Positions 1 to 9,773 of a DNA stretch of 64,000 nt are shown one piece after another. The notes beneath the pieces are model-generated. The model was not told the origin of the DNA and ran no database searches. It saw only the letters and a program-made list of their open reading frames with translations. A program made the position numbers and the translations under genes. The DNA lies in assembly GCA_964518565.1 (NCBI GenBank), contig CAZFGX010000001.1, positions 11,046 through 75,045 of the forward strand, in the 5' to 3' direction. Position 1 is the first letter of the stretch; each line of letters begins with the position of its first letter. The DNA comes from an uncultured Gammaproteobacteria bacterium. Its GTDB lineage: Bacteria; Patescibacteriota; Microgenomatia; CAZETR01; Amesbacteraceae.

Positions 1-2
1 GT

Positions 3-926
3 TTAGTCATTATTGCTGACGATGTAGAAACAGAGGCCTTAGCCACCTTAGTTTTAAACAAACTTCGAGGCGGATTCAATGTTTTGGCAGTCAAAGCGCC
101 GGGTTTTGGAGATCGCCGCAAGGCAATGCTTTCCGACATCGCCACACTCACTGGTGGTACAGTAATTTCTGAAGACACCGGCAGAACCTTTGAGGGGGTC
201 AAAATTGAAGACTTAGGTCGAGCAGACAAGGTCTGGGCAGACAAAGACAACTGTCGAGTTATTGGTGGAAAAGGCGATTCAACGGCTATTCAAGCCCGGG
301 TCACCCAAATCAGAGAAGAAATCAAAAAAACCACTTCCGATTTTGATCGTGAAAAGCTTGAAGAACGTCTAGCAAAACTAGCTGGCGGAGTCGCAGTCAT
401 CAATGTCGGCGCAGCTACTGAAGTCGAACTTAATGACCGCAAAGAACGTGTCAAAGATGCTGTAGGCGCCACCAAAGCAGCAGTAGAAGAAGGGATTGTT
501 CCAGGTGGTGAGGTTACATTGATTCGGGCATCCAAAGTTTTAGACTCACTCAATCTAGAAGGCGAAGAAAAAATCGGCGCTACCACGCTTAAGGAAGCTG
601 TTCAACAACCGTTTCGCTGGTTGCTTCGAAATGCAGGTATGGATGACGGGTACTATCTAAAAACTATTATGGATGCCAAAGACGTCGACTTTGGCGTAAA
701 TGTTGCCACAGGTGAAACAGGTTCAATGATCAAGTTTGGTGTAGTAGATCCAGCTAAGGTCACTCGCTCTGCATTACAAAATGCCGCCTCTGTTGCAACG
801 ATGATTTTGACGACGGAATGTCTAGTCACAGAGATTCCTGAAAAGAAAGAAGCTGCCCCAGCTGCAGCTGGCATGGGTGGAATGGCTGGAATGGGTGGCG
901 GCATGGGCATGGGCGACGACTATTAA
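3..926 (+). CDS. groEL: Chaperonin GroEL, 5'-truncated by the window edge
   Basis: Open frame from nt 3 ([24 protein letters not shown]...), [21 protein letters not shown]-terminal GGM repeats. Confidence 0.98.
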   Translation, partial: LVIIADDVETEALATLVLNKLRGGFNVLAVKAPGFGDRRKAMLSDIATLTGGTVISEDTGRTFEGVKIEDLGRADKVWADKDNCRVIGGKGDSTAIQARVTQIREEIKKTTSDFDREKLEERLAKLAGGVAVINVGAATEVELNDRKERVKDAVGATKAAVEEGIVPGGEVTLIRASKVLDSLNLEGEEKIGATTLKEAVQQPFRWLLRNAGMDDGYYLKTIMDAKDVDFGVNVATGETGSMIKFGVVDPAKVTRSALQNAASVATMILTTECLVTEIPEKKEAAPAAAGMGGMAGMGGGMGMGDDY

Positions 927-937
927 AGTCCATAAAA

Positions 938-1828
938 ATGACAATTGTAACCGGGGCAAAACAATTTACCGATATTGACTGTCTTGCTTGTGCAATAGCC
1001 TACGCCAAACTAATTAATGCTGTCGCAGTTTTACCAGGTCCTTTAAATAGTACAGTTTCAAACACCATAAAAAACTGGCGATTAGATTTTCAATCCGATG
1101 TTCCAGCTGATATTTCAGAAATAGTGATTGTCGATGTCTCAGAACAAAAAGTTTTAGAAAATGATTGGGAAGTTTCAAAAATAACCAAATTATTCGACCA
1201 CCATTTTGGTCACGAAAAATATTGGCAAGAAAAACTTGGACAGAGTAGTCACATTGAACCAGTAGGCGCCTGCGCCACCCAAATCTGGGAACAATGGGCA
1301 AAATCAGATAAACAAATCGACCCGATTTCTGCAAATTTACTCACCGTAGCAATTGTCAGTAATACATTAAATTTCAATGCCGGAGTGACCACCGACCGAG
1401 ATAAAATAGCCTACAGCCAGCTAACAAAATTCACAAGTCTACCCCTAGGTTGGCAAGAACAATATTATTCCGAAGTGGAATCTTCTATATTTGAAAACCC
1501 AGCTAAATCAATCTCCGAAGATACAAAAATAGTTGCACTAACAAATTTAAATCTAGAAATAAACATCGGCCAACTCGAATTATGGAACGGAAAAGAATTT
1601 ATCGAACAAAACCAGCAAGTAATTTTTGATACTTTAAGGCCAGGAGGGGAATATTGGCTAATGACTATCCCTAGCATTAGTGAAGGAAAAAACTATCTCT
1701 TTACTCAAAATTCAGAAATAAAATCCCTCTTAACAAAACATATCAATGCCCAATTCGAAAAAGATCTAGGGACTACAAGCCGACTATACCTTCGCAAGGA
1801 AATTCTTCGGGAATTACTTCAAGCCTAA
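938..1828 (+). CDS. DHH/DHHA2 family phosphoesterase (PpaC/exopolyphosphatase-like)
   Basis: DxD (TDID), IVD, FDHH and GACAT motifs. Confidence 0.8.
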   Translation: MTIVTGAKQFTDIDCLACAIAYAKLINAVAVLPGPLNSTVSNTIKNWRLDFQSDVPADISEIVIVDVSEQKVLENDWEVSKITKLFDHHFGHEKYWQEKLGQSSHIEPVGACATQIWEQWAKSDKQIDPISANLLTVAIVSNTLNFNAGVTTDRDKIAYSQLTKFTSLPLGWQEQYYSEVESSIFENPAKSISEDTKIVALTNLNLEINIGQLELWNGKEFIEQNQQVIFDTLRPGGEYWLMTIPSISEGKNYLFTQNSEIKSLLTKHINAQFEKDLGTTSRLYLRKEILRELLQA

Positions 1829-2524
1829 AACTGTCGCTGGATCCACCGCTGCGCCGTGATCGTGTAGCTCAAAATGTAAATGCGGACCAGTTGATCGGCC
1901 AGTGTTTCCAGATAATCCTAACAAAGAGTCAGTGGTGACGGTTTCCCCTTCCTTAACGACGGCTTTAGATAAATGTGCATACAGTGTTGCATAACCATTC
2001 TCGTGTGTGACAATAATATAATTTCCATAGCCTCGGGTGTCATTTTTTACCAACGACACTACGCCTCGCATTAATGGAGTCACATGAGTGCCGATTGGCG
2101 TTCGCAAATCAATACCAGAATGCAGCAGCCAAAACTTCTGACTTACGTCCAAATTGGGGAGGGGAGCTCGAATAGCCAGGGTAGTTTTTAGATGCACCTC
2201 ACCCTCACCTATGACTGTGGTTGAATTTACTACCTCAGGACCACCGGTGTCAGTAGCATAAGAAGAGAGGGGAGTAGTGGAGGCTCCCCACACCATGCCT
2301 CCCACTAGCAATATCCCTAAAAACGGTCGAACAAAATTGTGGGTAACCACCGGCCGAAGCAAATAACTCAAAACATTACTTTTTCCACATCGTGAAAAAA
2401 ACCGTATCGCATGCCAACCTACACTCTTAAAAAAGAGGGGAGTCTTCTGTGTTGAAACCGCGCGTACTGCAAGTTTCAAGACAGCATGTCTCCAACTTTT
2501 TTCCATAAAAAAATTCCTTGCCAT
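1814..2524 (-). CDS. M23 family metallopeptidase with N-terminal membrane anchor
   Basis: HSGIDL (HxxxD), YAHLS, STGPHLHFE (HxH). Confidence 0.92.
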   Translation of the reverse strand: MARNFFMEKSWRHAVLKLAVRAVSTQKTPLFFKSVGWHAIRFFSRCGKSNVLSYLLRPVVTHNFVRPFLGILLVGGMVWGASTTPLSSYATDTGGPEVVNSTTVIGEGEVHLKTTLAIRAPLPNLDVSQKFWLLHSGIDLRTPIGTHVTPLMRGVVSLVKNDTRGYGNYIIVTHENGYATLYAHLSKAVVKEGETVTTDSLLGLSGNTGRSTGPHLHFELHDHGAAVDPATVLGLK

Positions 2525-2711
2525 AGCAAAGAATTCCAGGACTAAATATAGCCCAAATCAGTCAAAAAGTCAAACCTTTCCGAATAAAACCCAAATGGGT
2601 ATACTTCGGGTATTATTCGGTATAAAAAAGAGGATAGTGGGGCAGTCAAAAAACAAAAATCATCAAAATAATATCTAAGCTATAATTACTCAAAACAAAA
2701 TTCCACAAAAT

Positions 2712-2786
2712 GACCTGGTGGCGAAGTGGAAACGCCGCGGTCTGCAAAACCGCTATGCGCGGGTTCGATTCCCGCCCAGGTCTCCA
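2712..2786 (+). tRNA. tRNA-Cys(GCA)
   Basis: Acceptor stem GACCTGG/CCAGGTC, anticodon arm GCGGT-CT-GCA-AA-ACCGC, T-loop GGTTCGATTCC, U73 discriminator, encoded CCA; TATAAT at 2681-2686 upstream. Confidence 0.97.
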
Positions 2787-2836
2787 AAAATGTTGAATAT
2801 TGCCTAGCTGAGGCAGTATGATGTCCCAAAGAAGCT

Positions 2837-3796
2837 ATGTCAAAGAAAAAAATTGCCGCACTACTGCTAATAATTGTCGGGTTTTGTATTATTGCCGCTT
2901 TTGCTATTATCACCTACCTGAATAGCCAAAAACCCACCGCAGGCCTAAAGGTGGAAACCAACATCGATGCCTTAGTATTTGTCGACACAGAACAAGTAGG
3001 CCCGGCTCCAATCGACAAAATGTTCAAACCAAAAGAAGTTACCGTAAAAATAATTCCAAACAACACCAACGATAATCTCACCACATTTCAAACAAAAGTG
3101 AAGCTCGAACCAAAAGTTTATACAGTAATTAAGCAAGAGTTTGGCGCTACTGATGCAGATACAGCTGGGGAGACCATATCACTAGTGGCTCAATCAGGCA
3201 AAACCGCAAGTCTGTCAGTAGTAACCACTTCCCCAGAAACCGCCTCAGTCACCGTTGATGGTCAACCGCAAGGATTTACCCCTCTTATTGTCCCATCGTT
3301 ACCTGCAGGTACCCACCAAGTGGTTATCTCAGCCCCCGGATACAGCACTCGAACTATTCCTGCTCAAACAGTTTCAGGCTATAAATTAGTCCTGTCTGCC
3401 AAGTTGGCAGCTGTTTTACAGCCTAGTCCCACACCTACTCCAGACCCAGTAGAAGCTACCCCATCGGCTACACCAAAAGTTACAGGCAAGCCCAGCTCAA
3501 CGCCAACTCCCACAATCAAATCTACCCTCTCACCTACTCCTACACCCAAATCAACCACCTCTGTGTCACCCACCCCTGCTATGACCAAACCATACGTCAC
3601 AATCCTCGACACACCCACAGGCTTCCTCCGTGTCCGAGAAAAGCCCTCCACAGGTTCAAAAGAGATCGGTCAAGTAAAGCCTGGTCAATCCTTCGCACTA
3701 CTTGATAGTCAGACCGGGTGGTATCAAATCAAAGTCGATCTTACGGCCACTGCTTCAGGCTGGATCTCTTCCCAATACGCCAAAAAGGTCGAATAA
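2837..3796 (+). CDS. Membrane-anchored PEGA-domain protein with Pro/Thr linker and C-terminal SH3b-like domain
   Basis: N-terminal TM; PEGA-like repeats (ASVTVDGQPQGFTPL...GTHQVVISAPGY); TPTP linker; LRVREKPS...GWYQI...GWIS. Confidence 0.85.
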   Translation: MSKKKIAALLLIIVGFCIIAAFAIITYLNSQKPTAGLKVETNIDALVFVDTEQVGPAPIDKMFKPKEVTVKIIPNNTNDNLTTFQTKVKLEPKVYTVIKQEFGATDADTAGETISLVAQSGKTASLSVVTTSPETASVTVDGQPQGFTPLIVPSLPAGTHQVVISAPGYSTRTIPAQTVSGYKLVLSAKLAAVLQPSPTPTPDPVEATPSATPKVTGKPSSTPTPTIKSTLSPTPTPKSTTSVSPTPAMTKPYVTILDTPTGFLRVREKPSTGSKEIGQVKPGQSFALLDSQTGWYQIKVDLTATASGWISSQYAKKVE

Positions 3797-3799
3797 GTT

Positions 3800-4744
3800 T
3801 TACTTAGGTAACCAATAAAGAACCAACACAACCAACCCTATCCACAAACTAACAGCTACGATTAATGGCTTATCAGACAATATTACCCGCTCTGGGCTTT
3901 CTGCGCGGGATCCGTCGTAAACAATTCGCAAATACCGCATAATCCCAAAAATCACAACTGGAATAGTCGCCATCAGCCATTTGTTTATCGTCAAGGTTCG
4001 AGAAATAAGCGTCAATTGAACCGAAGTGGTCGTCAAATCAGCTTGCTCATAAAAATTAAATGTGTATAGTGCCCACGACAAAAAGGCTGCTGTAGCAAAC
4101 ATTGATAAATACGCATCCAAAATATTCGCCGTGTAGGTTCCCATGACTTTTCGATGTGCTGAAGCTTGCTCAGTTAAAATAGCCAGTTCTCCGCGTCGCT
4201 TGCCTACAGCTAAAAATAAAGATGTCGAGACTACGCACAAAAGAAACCAAATGGACAAATGTGCATTAATAACAATTGCACCGGCCACGACTCGTAAGAA
4301 AAAGCCGATGGCAATAATAAACACATCTACCACCTCAATATTTTTTAACCAATACGAATACATCACCATTAAAACTGCATATCCTAAGACGACCAATCCA
4401 AACAACATGGATAAGTGGTATGACCACCATAGTCCAACAGTTACAAAGCCAATCAATAATAACCAAGCACTGCGAAGTGACAAATAACCTGCAGCAATAG
4501 GCCGTTTTCTCTTAAATGGATGAGCTCTATCTGCATCAATATCGTGGATATCATTGAGGATATAAACAGCTATGGCCACACAGGTAAATGCTCCAATTGC
4601 TGAAGTGACTATCCAAAAATCACGCAACCACAATTGTGTGTTATACACATAGCCGGTAAAAAAAAGCGCCGCAAACAAGGTCAAGTTTTTTATCCACTGT
4701 CTTGGTCGCGCTGTTTTAAGAATGTAGAAAAGTGGTGTAGCCAT
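3800..4744 (-). CDS. UbiA prenyltransferase family, decaprenyl-phosphate phosphoribosyltransferase-like
   Basis: RPRQWIKN, NDIHDIDADRAHPFKRKRPIAAG, KRRGEL; multi-TM. Confidence 0.9.
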   Translation of the reverse strand: MATPLFYILKTARPRQWIKNLTLFAALFFTGYVYNTQLWLRDFWIVTSAIGAFTCVAIAVYILNDIHDIDADRAHPFKRKRPIAAGYLSLRSAWLLLIGFVTVGLWWSYHLSMLFGLVVLGYAVLMVMYSYWLKNIEVVDVFIIAIGFFLRVVAGAIVINAHLSIWFLLCVVSTSLFLAVGKRRGELAILTEQASAHRKVMGTYTANILDAYLSMFATAAFLSWALYTFNFYEQADLTTTSVQLTLISRTLTINKWLMATIPVVIFGIMRYLRIVYDGSRAESPERVILSDKPLIVAVSLWIGLVVLVLYWLPK

Positions 4745-5778
4745 ATTAAAAATGCCCCTAGAACCAATAGTACCACGGCCATTGTAAAATACTTCGAAGT
4801 GCTATTCAATTGGAGAGCTAAAATTCCCAGAATGGCCGAAACGCTCATATAAAATCCGGCAATTTTTTGTTTAGACCAGCCAAAGTCCAATAAATAATGA
4901 TGAAAATGCTCTCTACCTCCCCAAATCGGCAACCTGCGTTCTTTGATACGTTTTAAAATCACAAAGATAGCATCTACAAAAGGAATTCCCAAAACCATTA
5001 CCAGTGTTCCTATTTTTGCTCCTGACAAAATCGCCAATACTCCCAATAAGTATCCTGCCAGACTTTTTCCTCCATACCCGGGAATGAGCTTTTGTGGATA
5101 CCAATTCCATATCAAAAATCCCAAGTATGCACCTGCGACAATTCCTGACAAGCTCACGACTAAAAATTGATTTGTATCCGCAAGTCGAAGCGCTAATATT
5201 CCTAATATCGTTGCAGCCACAACCACAAAACCAGGCAGCTGGCCATCCACACCACTGCTCCATCCAACAATATTTTGTGTCCAAACTAACCAAGCCAGTG
5301 CAAATAAATCTGAAAATATCCACACACAATGACCAGTTCCCCATAGAGCAAAACAATATTGCCAAGTATCCAACCGAATCACTCCACCACCTGGGCTCGA
5401 AATGTAAGCAATGCCAATTCCAGCGCCAATTACGCACAGTGCCGCTAAAACATTTACAAACAATCTGGTATAAGGCGAAATGGTTTCTTCATATCGATCA
5501 TCAAAATAACCGGTAATAGCTAGCATCAATGATCCTAAAAAGATCCCCAGGGTCCATATACTCTTTGGTAACAAAAACACAGTTCCAATAAAAATTGCTC
5601 CAAATATAGGCAATCCTCCTCCACGAGGTACTGTGGCGGTATGAACCACTTTTGGATGCGAATGTTTTTTAGGATCATCTAAAATTCTTAAGCGTTCACC
5701 GTGAGCTACTACCCATTGGCAAATCAAGCTAGAGACCAAAACTGATACCCCACAAGCCAGTAAAAAGGACACAATCAT
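4690..5778 (-). CDS. MraY/WecA(TagO) family polyprenyl-phosphate sugar-1-phosphate transferase
   Basis: PRGGG, GYFDD, GVDGQ, WNWYPQKL, HFHH motifs; multi-TM. Confidence 0.9.
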   Translation of the reverse strand: MIVSFLLACGVSVLVSSLICQWVVAHGERLRILDDPKKHSHPKVVHTATVPRGGGLPIFGAIFIGTVFLLPKSIWTLGIFLGSLMLAITGYFDDRYEETISPYTRLFVNVLAALCVIGAGIGIAYISSPGGGVIRLDTWQYCFALWGTGHCVWIFSDLFALAWLVWTQNIVGWSSGVDGQLPGFVVVAATILGILALRLADTNQFLVVSLSGIVAGAYLGFLIWNWYPQKLIPGYGGKSLAGYLLGVLAILSGAKIGTLVMVLGIPFVDAIFVILKRIKERRLPIWGGREHFHHYLLDFGWSKQKIAGFYMSVSAILGILALQLNSTSKYFTMAVVLLVLGAFLIWLHHFSTFLKQRDQDSG

Positions 5779-5780
5779 AA

Positions 5781-6116
5781 TTACACAATAAACATCAAAA
5801 TTCTGATTAAGCTCAACAACAACACTAGCTGAACCACCATACTCGTCAAAAGCATAAAAGAGACCAATACCACATCTCGAATATGTCGAGATGTACCAAA
5901 ACCAAAGCCTACTCCAGACAGTATTGCCAAACCAGGCAACAGTAAAAGCATTAATGGAGATGTTAACTGGCCTTCACCCCATGGCAAACTATAAAACAAA
6001 GGGACTTGAGGTGGTAATGAGTTTCGAAAAACAAGCCACATACCCAATCCTGCAATCAATACAAAAAATGTAACAAACCAATGAAAAATTCTGATTTGAC
6101 GAACAAATTGCTCCAT
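5781..6116 (-). CDS. Small membrane protein (DUF1648-like)
   Basis: LPPQVPLFYSLPWG motif, 3 hydrophobic segments, closely spaced in the operon. Confidence 0.65.
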   Translation of the reverse strand: MEQFVRQIRIFHWFVTFFVLIAGLGMWLVFRNSLPPQVPLFYSLPWGEGQLTSPLMLLLLPGLAILSGVGFGFGTSRHIRDVVLVSFMLLTSMVVQLVLLLSLIRILMFIV

Positions 6117-6118
6117 GG

Positions 6119-7558
6119 CTAGTATGGATTATACCGATAAACATGTGCTGGACCAAAAGTTCGCACTTCACGGTAATCTGCTAGTAAAAGTTCATCCAAC
6201 CCGGCCAACTCTCCAGCAGTGTCATACCTTACGATATAAACAGGGTGATTTTTTAGCAAAAGTGCCAGTGTCTGTTTTTCTGCTCGAAAATCTTTTATAT
6301 GATATGCCGCAGTATACTTCCCGAGTGGTTGGCGATTTGCTAATGCATAAATCATTGGCTGGTCACCCCAAATAAAAATACTCTCATAGGGTTTTGTATT
6401 ATTAGCTAAATATATACCAACATCATAGTTATTTAAGACTTGACTATCAAACGTTGCAAAATAGTTAGACCGAGATGTGCTTCCTGTGACATACTGAAAA
6501 AAATTCTTGTAATAAATTGTTGTGGCATAAGTAGGAAATTTTTTACTACCACCATCGGTAAAAATAAACCAAACAACAAACAATAAAATTAATCCGATCA
6601 AAAAACTAACCAATTTTTCAAAACGATTACTTAACCACCATATAGCAAATCCTATACATAAAATTCCAGCAAGTTGTAACAAATAATGAGGATAGGGTCT
6701 GCCTGAAAGTAAAGCCGCAAACACTCCAAAAATGAACCAACTTAAGAAAAAGACAACAAGTGGCTGTAAATAACGTCGCAACAGGATGACTAACCCAATA
6801 AGTATTGCCACTACAAGTGCTCGAAAACTCAAAAGATACAATCCCGATTTCGTATCTTCGCCCCAAGATGAAACATATTGCAAATTTTGCCCACCAGCTG
6901 CTTGTAGATAATCACGCACAACTCCATAAAAACCAAAATAACCTACACTTATCAATATTGGAGCAGCAAACCCTAATCCCAGCAAAAAACACCGACGAAA
7001 CCAATCCTTTGGAGTAGATATACACATCCAATAGATCGGCCATGCCAACAATTCAAATGCCGCCGGGACCTTAAACAATGCTGCCACTCCAAAAAGACAT
7101 CCTGCCCAAAAATAATTTTTGTTATACAGCAGCAATAAAACAGCCAATAAATTTGGCATAAGAAAAAACAACTCTCCATTTCCGACCGTTCCTTCGAATG
7201 TAGGTAAGCAGGTAAATAAGATGAACAATCCGCTTAGTAGCCAGACCAACAATGTACGATTTCCTAATAGACGTTTTAAAATCAAAAAAATCCAGACAAC
7301 TGATAAAGTATTCCAGACAAGCAGTAACGCTCTGTATCCGAGTTGATTTCCTAGAGTCAACATTGCCACAACATATATCAGAGGCGGTTTATTGTCATGA
7401 ATATCTCTATATAAAATTTGTCCCCTGGCCAAACTTTGTCCAATAGTTAAATAAATGCCCTCATCTCCATACCACTGTGGTTCAAATAAGGATGGGATTC
7501 GAAAAATTATCGCCAAAAAACACAACACTAAAACCTGTTTTTGTATCGATAATTTCAT
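6119..7558 (-). CDS. GT-C fold membrane glycosyltransferase (ArnT/PMT-like)
   Basis: WYGDEGIY...LYRDIHDNKPPL first-loop motif; multi-TM. Confidence 0.82.
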   Translation of the reverse strand: MKLSIQKQVLVLCFLAIIFRIPSLFEPQWYGDEGIYLTIGQSLARGQILYRDIHDNKPPLIYVVAMLTLGNQLGYRALLLVWNTLSVVWIFLILKRLLGNRTLLVWLLSGLFILFTCLPTFEGTVGNGELFFLMPNLLAVLLLLYNKNYFWAGCLFGVAALFKVPAAFELLAWPIYWMCISTPKDWFRRCFLLGLGFAAPILISVGYFGFYGVVRDYLQAAGGQNLQYVSSWGEDTKSGLYLLSFRALVVAILIGLVILLRRYLQPLVVFFLSWFIFGVFAALLSGRPYPHYLLQLAGILCIGFAIWWLSNRFEKLVSFLIGLILLFVVWFIFTDGGSKKFPTYATTIYYKNFFQYVTGSTSRSNYFATFDSQVLNNYDVGIYLANNTKPYESIFIWGDQPMIYALANRQPLGKYTAAYHIKDFRAEKQTLALLLKNHPVYIVRYDTAGELAGLDELLLADYREVRTFGPAHVYRYNPY

Positions 7559-9024
7559 TTAACTTTTTCAGTAATCCGATACTCTAAATATTTTCCCAAC
7601 ATTAACCGAGTATGTGCATCTAATCCTGGCAAAGCAGAAAAGAAAAAACCAACTATTGGCATGAAAATAAATTCAAGTGGCGCGATCCACAACCTCCATC
7701 GTGGCACATCAGCTGGTCGATTTGGCCGCTGTCGAGCATCTATCAGCAAAAGGACAAGTAGAAATAATAAAGTTACAGATAAAATCCCAGAAGACATTTT
7801 GGGCAACATAAATCCTAAAGCAGTGCGTTTAAAAACTGGATTCACAATTGTCACAATTGACACCCCCGCAGTCACAATAAACCAATTAACCGGCCATAAA
7901 AAATGATCCTCTACTACCTTCAAAAGTCGTAAAGTTTTATTCAAACGTGAGCCCTTTTTATTATGAAAATACATTTCGACAAACGTCGGAATATCAGATA
8001 CTCCCCATGCCCAGCGTTTTTTCTGTTGATATTCATTTACAAAAGTTTTCCAGGTACTCGTGGATTCTGCCGCATCAGCACTAGATGGCAAAAATATTGG
8101 CTCTACCTCTACTCGACCATCTAGTTTAAAAAAAGCTTTGAAAAAAACTCGATAATCCTCTGGGATAATATCAGTGTCCCAATAGCCAATTTTATCAATC
8201 ATTTTAAAAGAAGCAGAATAATTAGAAAAATTCACCAAACGATCCTTGCGCATTAATAAGCCAATCTGCCATACGTTAGATAGCGTATTCACTACACGTG
8301 TCGGTGCAGGAATTTTCCATATATTGTTATAAAACACAACCGCTGGTTGCCAAAAACGTTCATATCGGTGTGGATCGTCCAAAAATTTAAAAGCCAGACA
8401 AGCAAAATAATTCTTATGTGCTCTTGCATCAGCATCTGTGGAGGTGACTGTCATATAGTCCATGTCCCAGCCTCTTTGATCCACGAGAATGCGTTTTGCA
8501 TATTTAGCTGCCCAAGCTTCATTTGACGATTTACCTTTTACCTCACCTGCAATATCCGCTGGATGAATACTCACTAGATATGCACCAAATTGGGACCCCA
8601 ATTTTTTGCGCAACCTTTCGCTTTCCTCGGCACCCTTAGGGTATCGTTCTTCTGTCGCCATGACGACCGCCAATTGTTTTAAAGGAAATGACTGCTGTGT
8701 CAGCGCCTCTAGAGTTCGCTCAAACGTTTCTACCGGCTCATTTGCCACCATGATCAAAACCACATGTCGTACTTTGTGCCAGTCACCAAAACCACGGACT
8801 TCTTCCATCCAGTCCAGTTTTTCAGCCGCTTTAATTTTAAAATGCGACAAAACTGTAGCTAAAGTCATGGTTGCTCCTTTGTAAACCCAAAATACGTCAA
8901 AGGCTAAGATAAAATATGCAACAACTTCAGGAATTAGTCGTCCACCCCATAATAAAAATAAGATTACGTTCCAACTAAAAAACCCTGGTAATATTTCCAG
9001 CATCCGTTTTTGACGTTTGGTCAT
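7555..9024 (-). CDS. Membrane GT2 family glycosyltransferase
   Basis: DAD, ED and QKKRW (D,D,D,QxxRW) signature, flanking TMs. Confidence 0.88.
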   Translation of the reverse strand: MTKRQKRMLEILPGFFSWNVILFLLWGGRLIPEVVAYFILAFDVFWVYKGATMTLATVLSHFKIKAAEKLDWMEEVRGFGDWHKVRHVVLIMVANEPVETFERTLEALTQQSFPLKQLAVVMATEERYPKGAEESERLRKKLGSQFGAYLVSIHPADIAGEVKGKSSNEAWAAKYAKRILVDQRGWDMDYMTVTSTDADARAHKNYFACLAFKFLDDPHRYERFWQPAVVFYNNIWKIPAPTRVVNTLSNVWQIGLLMRKDRLVNFSNYSASFKMIDKIGYWDTDIIPEDYRVFFKAFFKLDGRVEVEPIFLPSSADAAESTSTWKTFVNEYQQKKRWAWGVSDIPTFVEMYFHNKKGSRLNKTLRLLKVVEDHFLWPVNWFIVTAGVSIVTIVNPVFKRTALGFMLPKMSSGILSVTLLFLLVLLLIDARQRPNRPADVPRWRLWIAPLEFIFMPIVGFFFSALPGLDAHTRLMLGKYLEYRITEKVK

Positions 9025-9773
9025 ATCTGAAACAATCTTACCGCATTTTGGCTTGTATAACTGGCCACAGACTCAAATGTTTCTGACCGCACATTGGCGA
9101 CTTGTTCAGCTATTATCTTCAAATTAGCTGGTTCATTTCGTTCGCTACGCAAGGGTTCAGGGGATAAATAAGGTGAATCAGTCTCAATCAAAATTCTTTC
9201 TTGAGGCGTCTGCTTCAGGACTTCTCTCAACTCTTCACTTTTTTTAAAAGTTACAATCCCTCCAAAACTAATGTACCAACCTAAGTCTACAAAACGTCTC
9301 ATCCATTGTTCGTGTCCTGTAAAACAATGTAGTTGCCCCAAAACCCCAGTATCTTTGACTAGCTCAAAAACAGTTTCAAAAGCATTGCGACAATGGACAA
9401 TCAGGGGTAATTTCATTTCTTTCGCCAAGGCAATATGCTCTGTAAATAATTCAACCTGCTTTTTTTTCAGTTCATCGGTTGTTTCAGGTAAAAAGTCCAA
9501 TCCGCACTCTCCAATTGCCACCACCTTTTTACTTTTTAATAAATCTCTTAAATTGTTTAATCTATATCTTTCATCAGGTTCATATCCCATCCCGACTGTT
9601 GCATATACACTCTCATATTTTTCAGCCAATAAAACGGTTTGTTTAGAATGCTCAAATCCCGCTCCAGCTGAAATAAGCTTTTCTACACCCACATTTACAG
9701 CATTTTGAACGATCTGATCTGTTTCTTTCGGATAATATTTCTCATCTACTAAATGGCAATGTGAATCCGTCAT
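9021..9773 (-). CDS. tatD: TatD family hydrolase
   Basis: DSHCH, GECGLD, HCR, HCF, ETDSPY. Confidence 0.95.
   Translation of the reverse strand: MTDSHCHLVDEKYYPKETDQIVQNAVNVGVEKLISAGAGFEHSKQTVLLAEKYESVYATVGMGYEPDERYRLNNLRDLLKSKKVVAIGECGLDFLPETTDELKKKQVELFTEHIALAKEMKLPLIVHCRNAFETVFELVKDTGVLGQLHCFTGHEQWMRRFVDLGWYISFGGIVTFKKSEELREVLKQTPQERILIETDSPYLSPEPLRSERNEPANLKIIAEQVANVRSETFESVASYTSQNAVRLFQI

Noticed and set aside
872-914. GGCATGGGT-like tandem repeats
   Set aside because: Ordinary GroEL Gly-Gly-Met tail, not a CRISPR array or VNTR.
2712-2836. tRNA-Cys as an integration site
   Set aside because: No integrase, and no duplicated tRNA 3' end noticed in the window.
2686-2913. 75-aa minus-strand ORF
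   Set aside because: Antisense shadow of tRNA-Cys and the start of the PEGA gene.
3420-3580. Low-complexity C/A-rich repeats (also 32140-32330)
   Set aside because: Encode Pro/Thr/Ser linkers; no fixed repeat-spacer structure.
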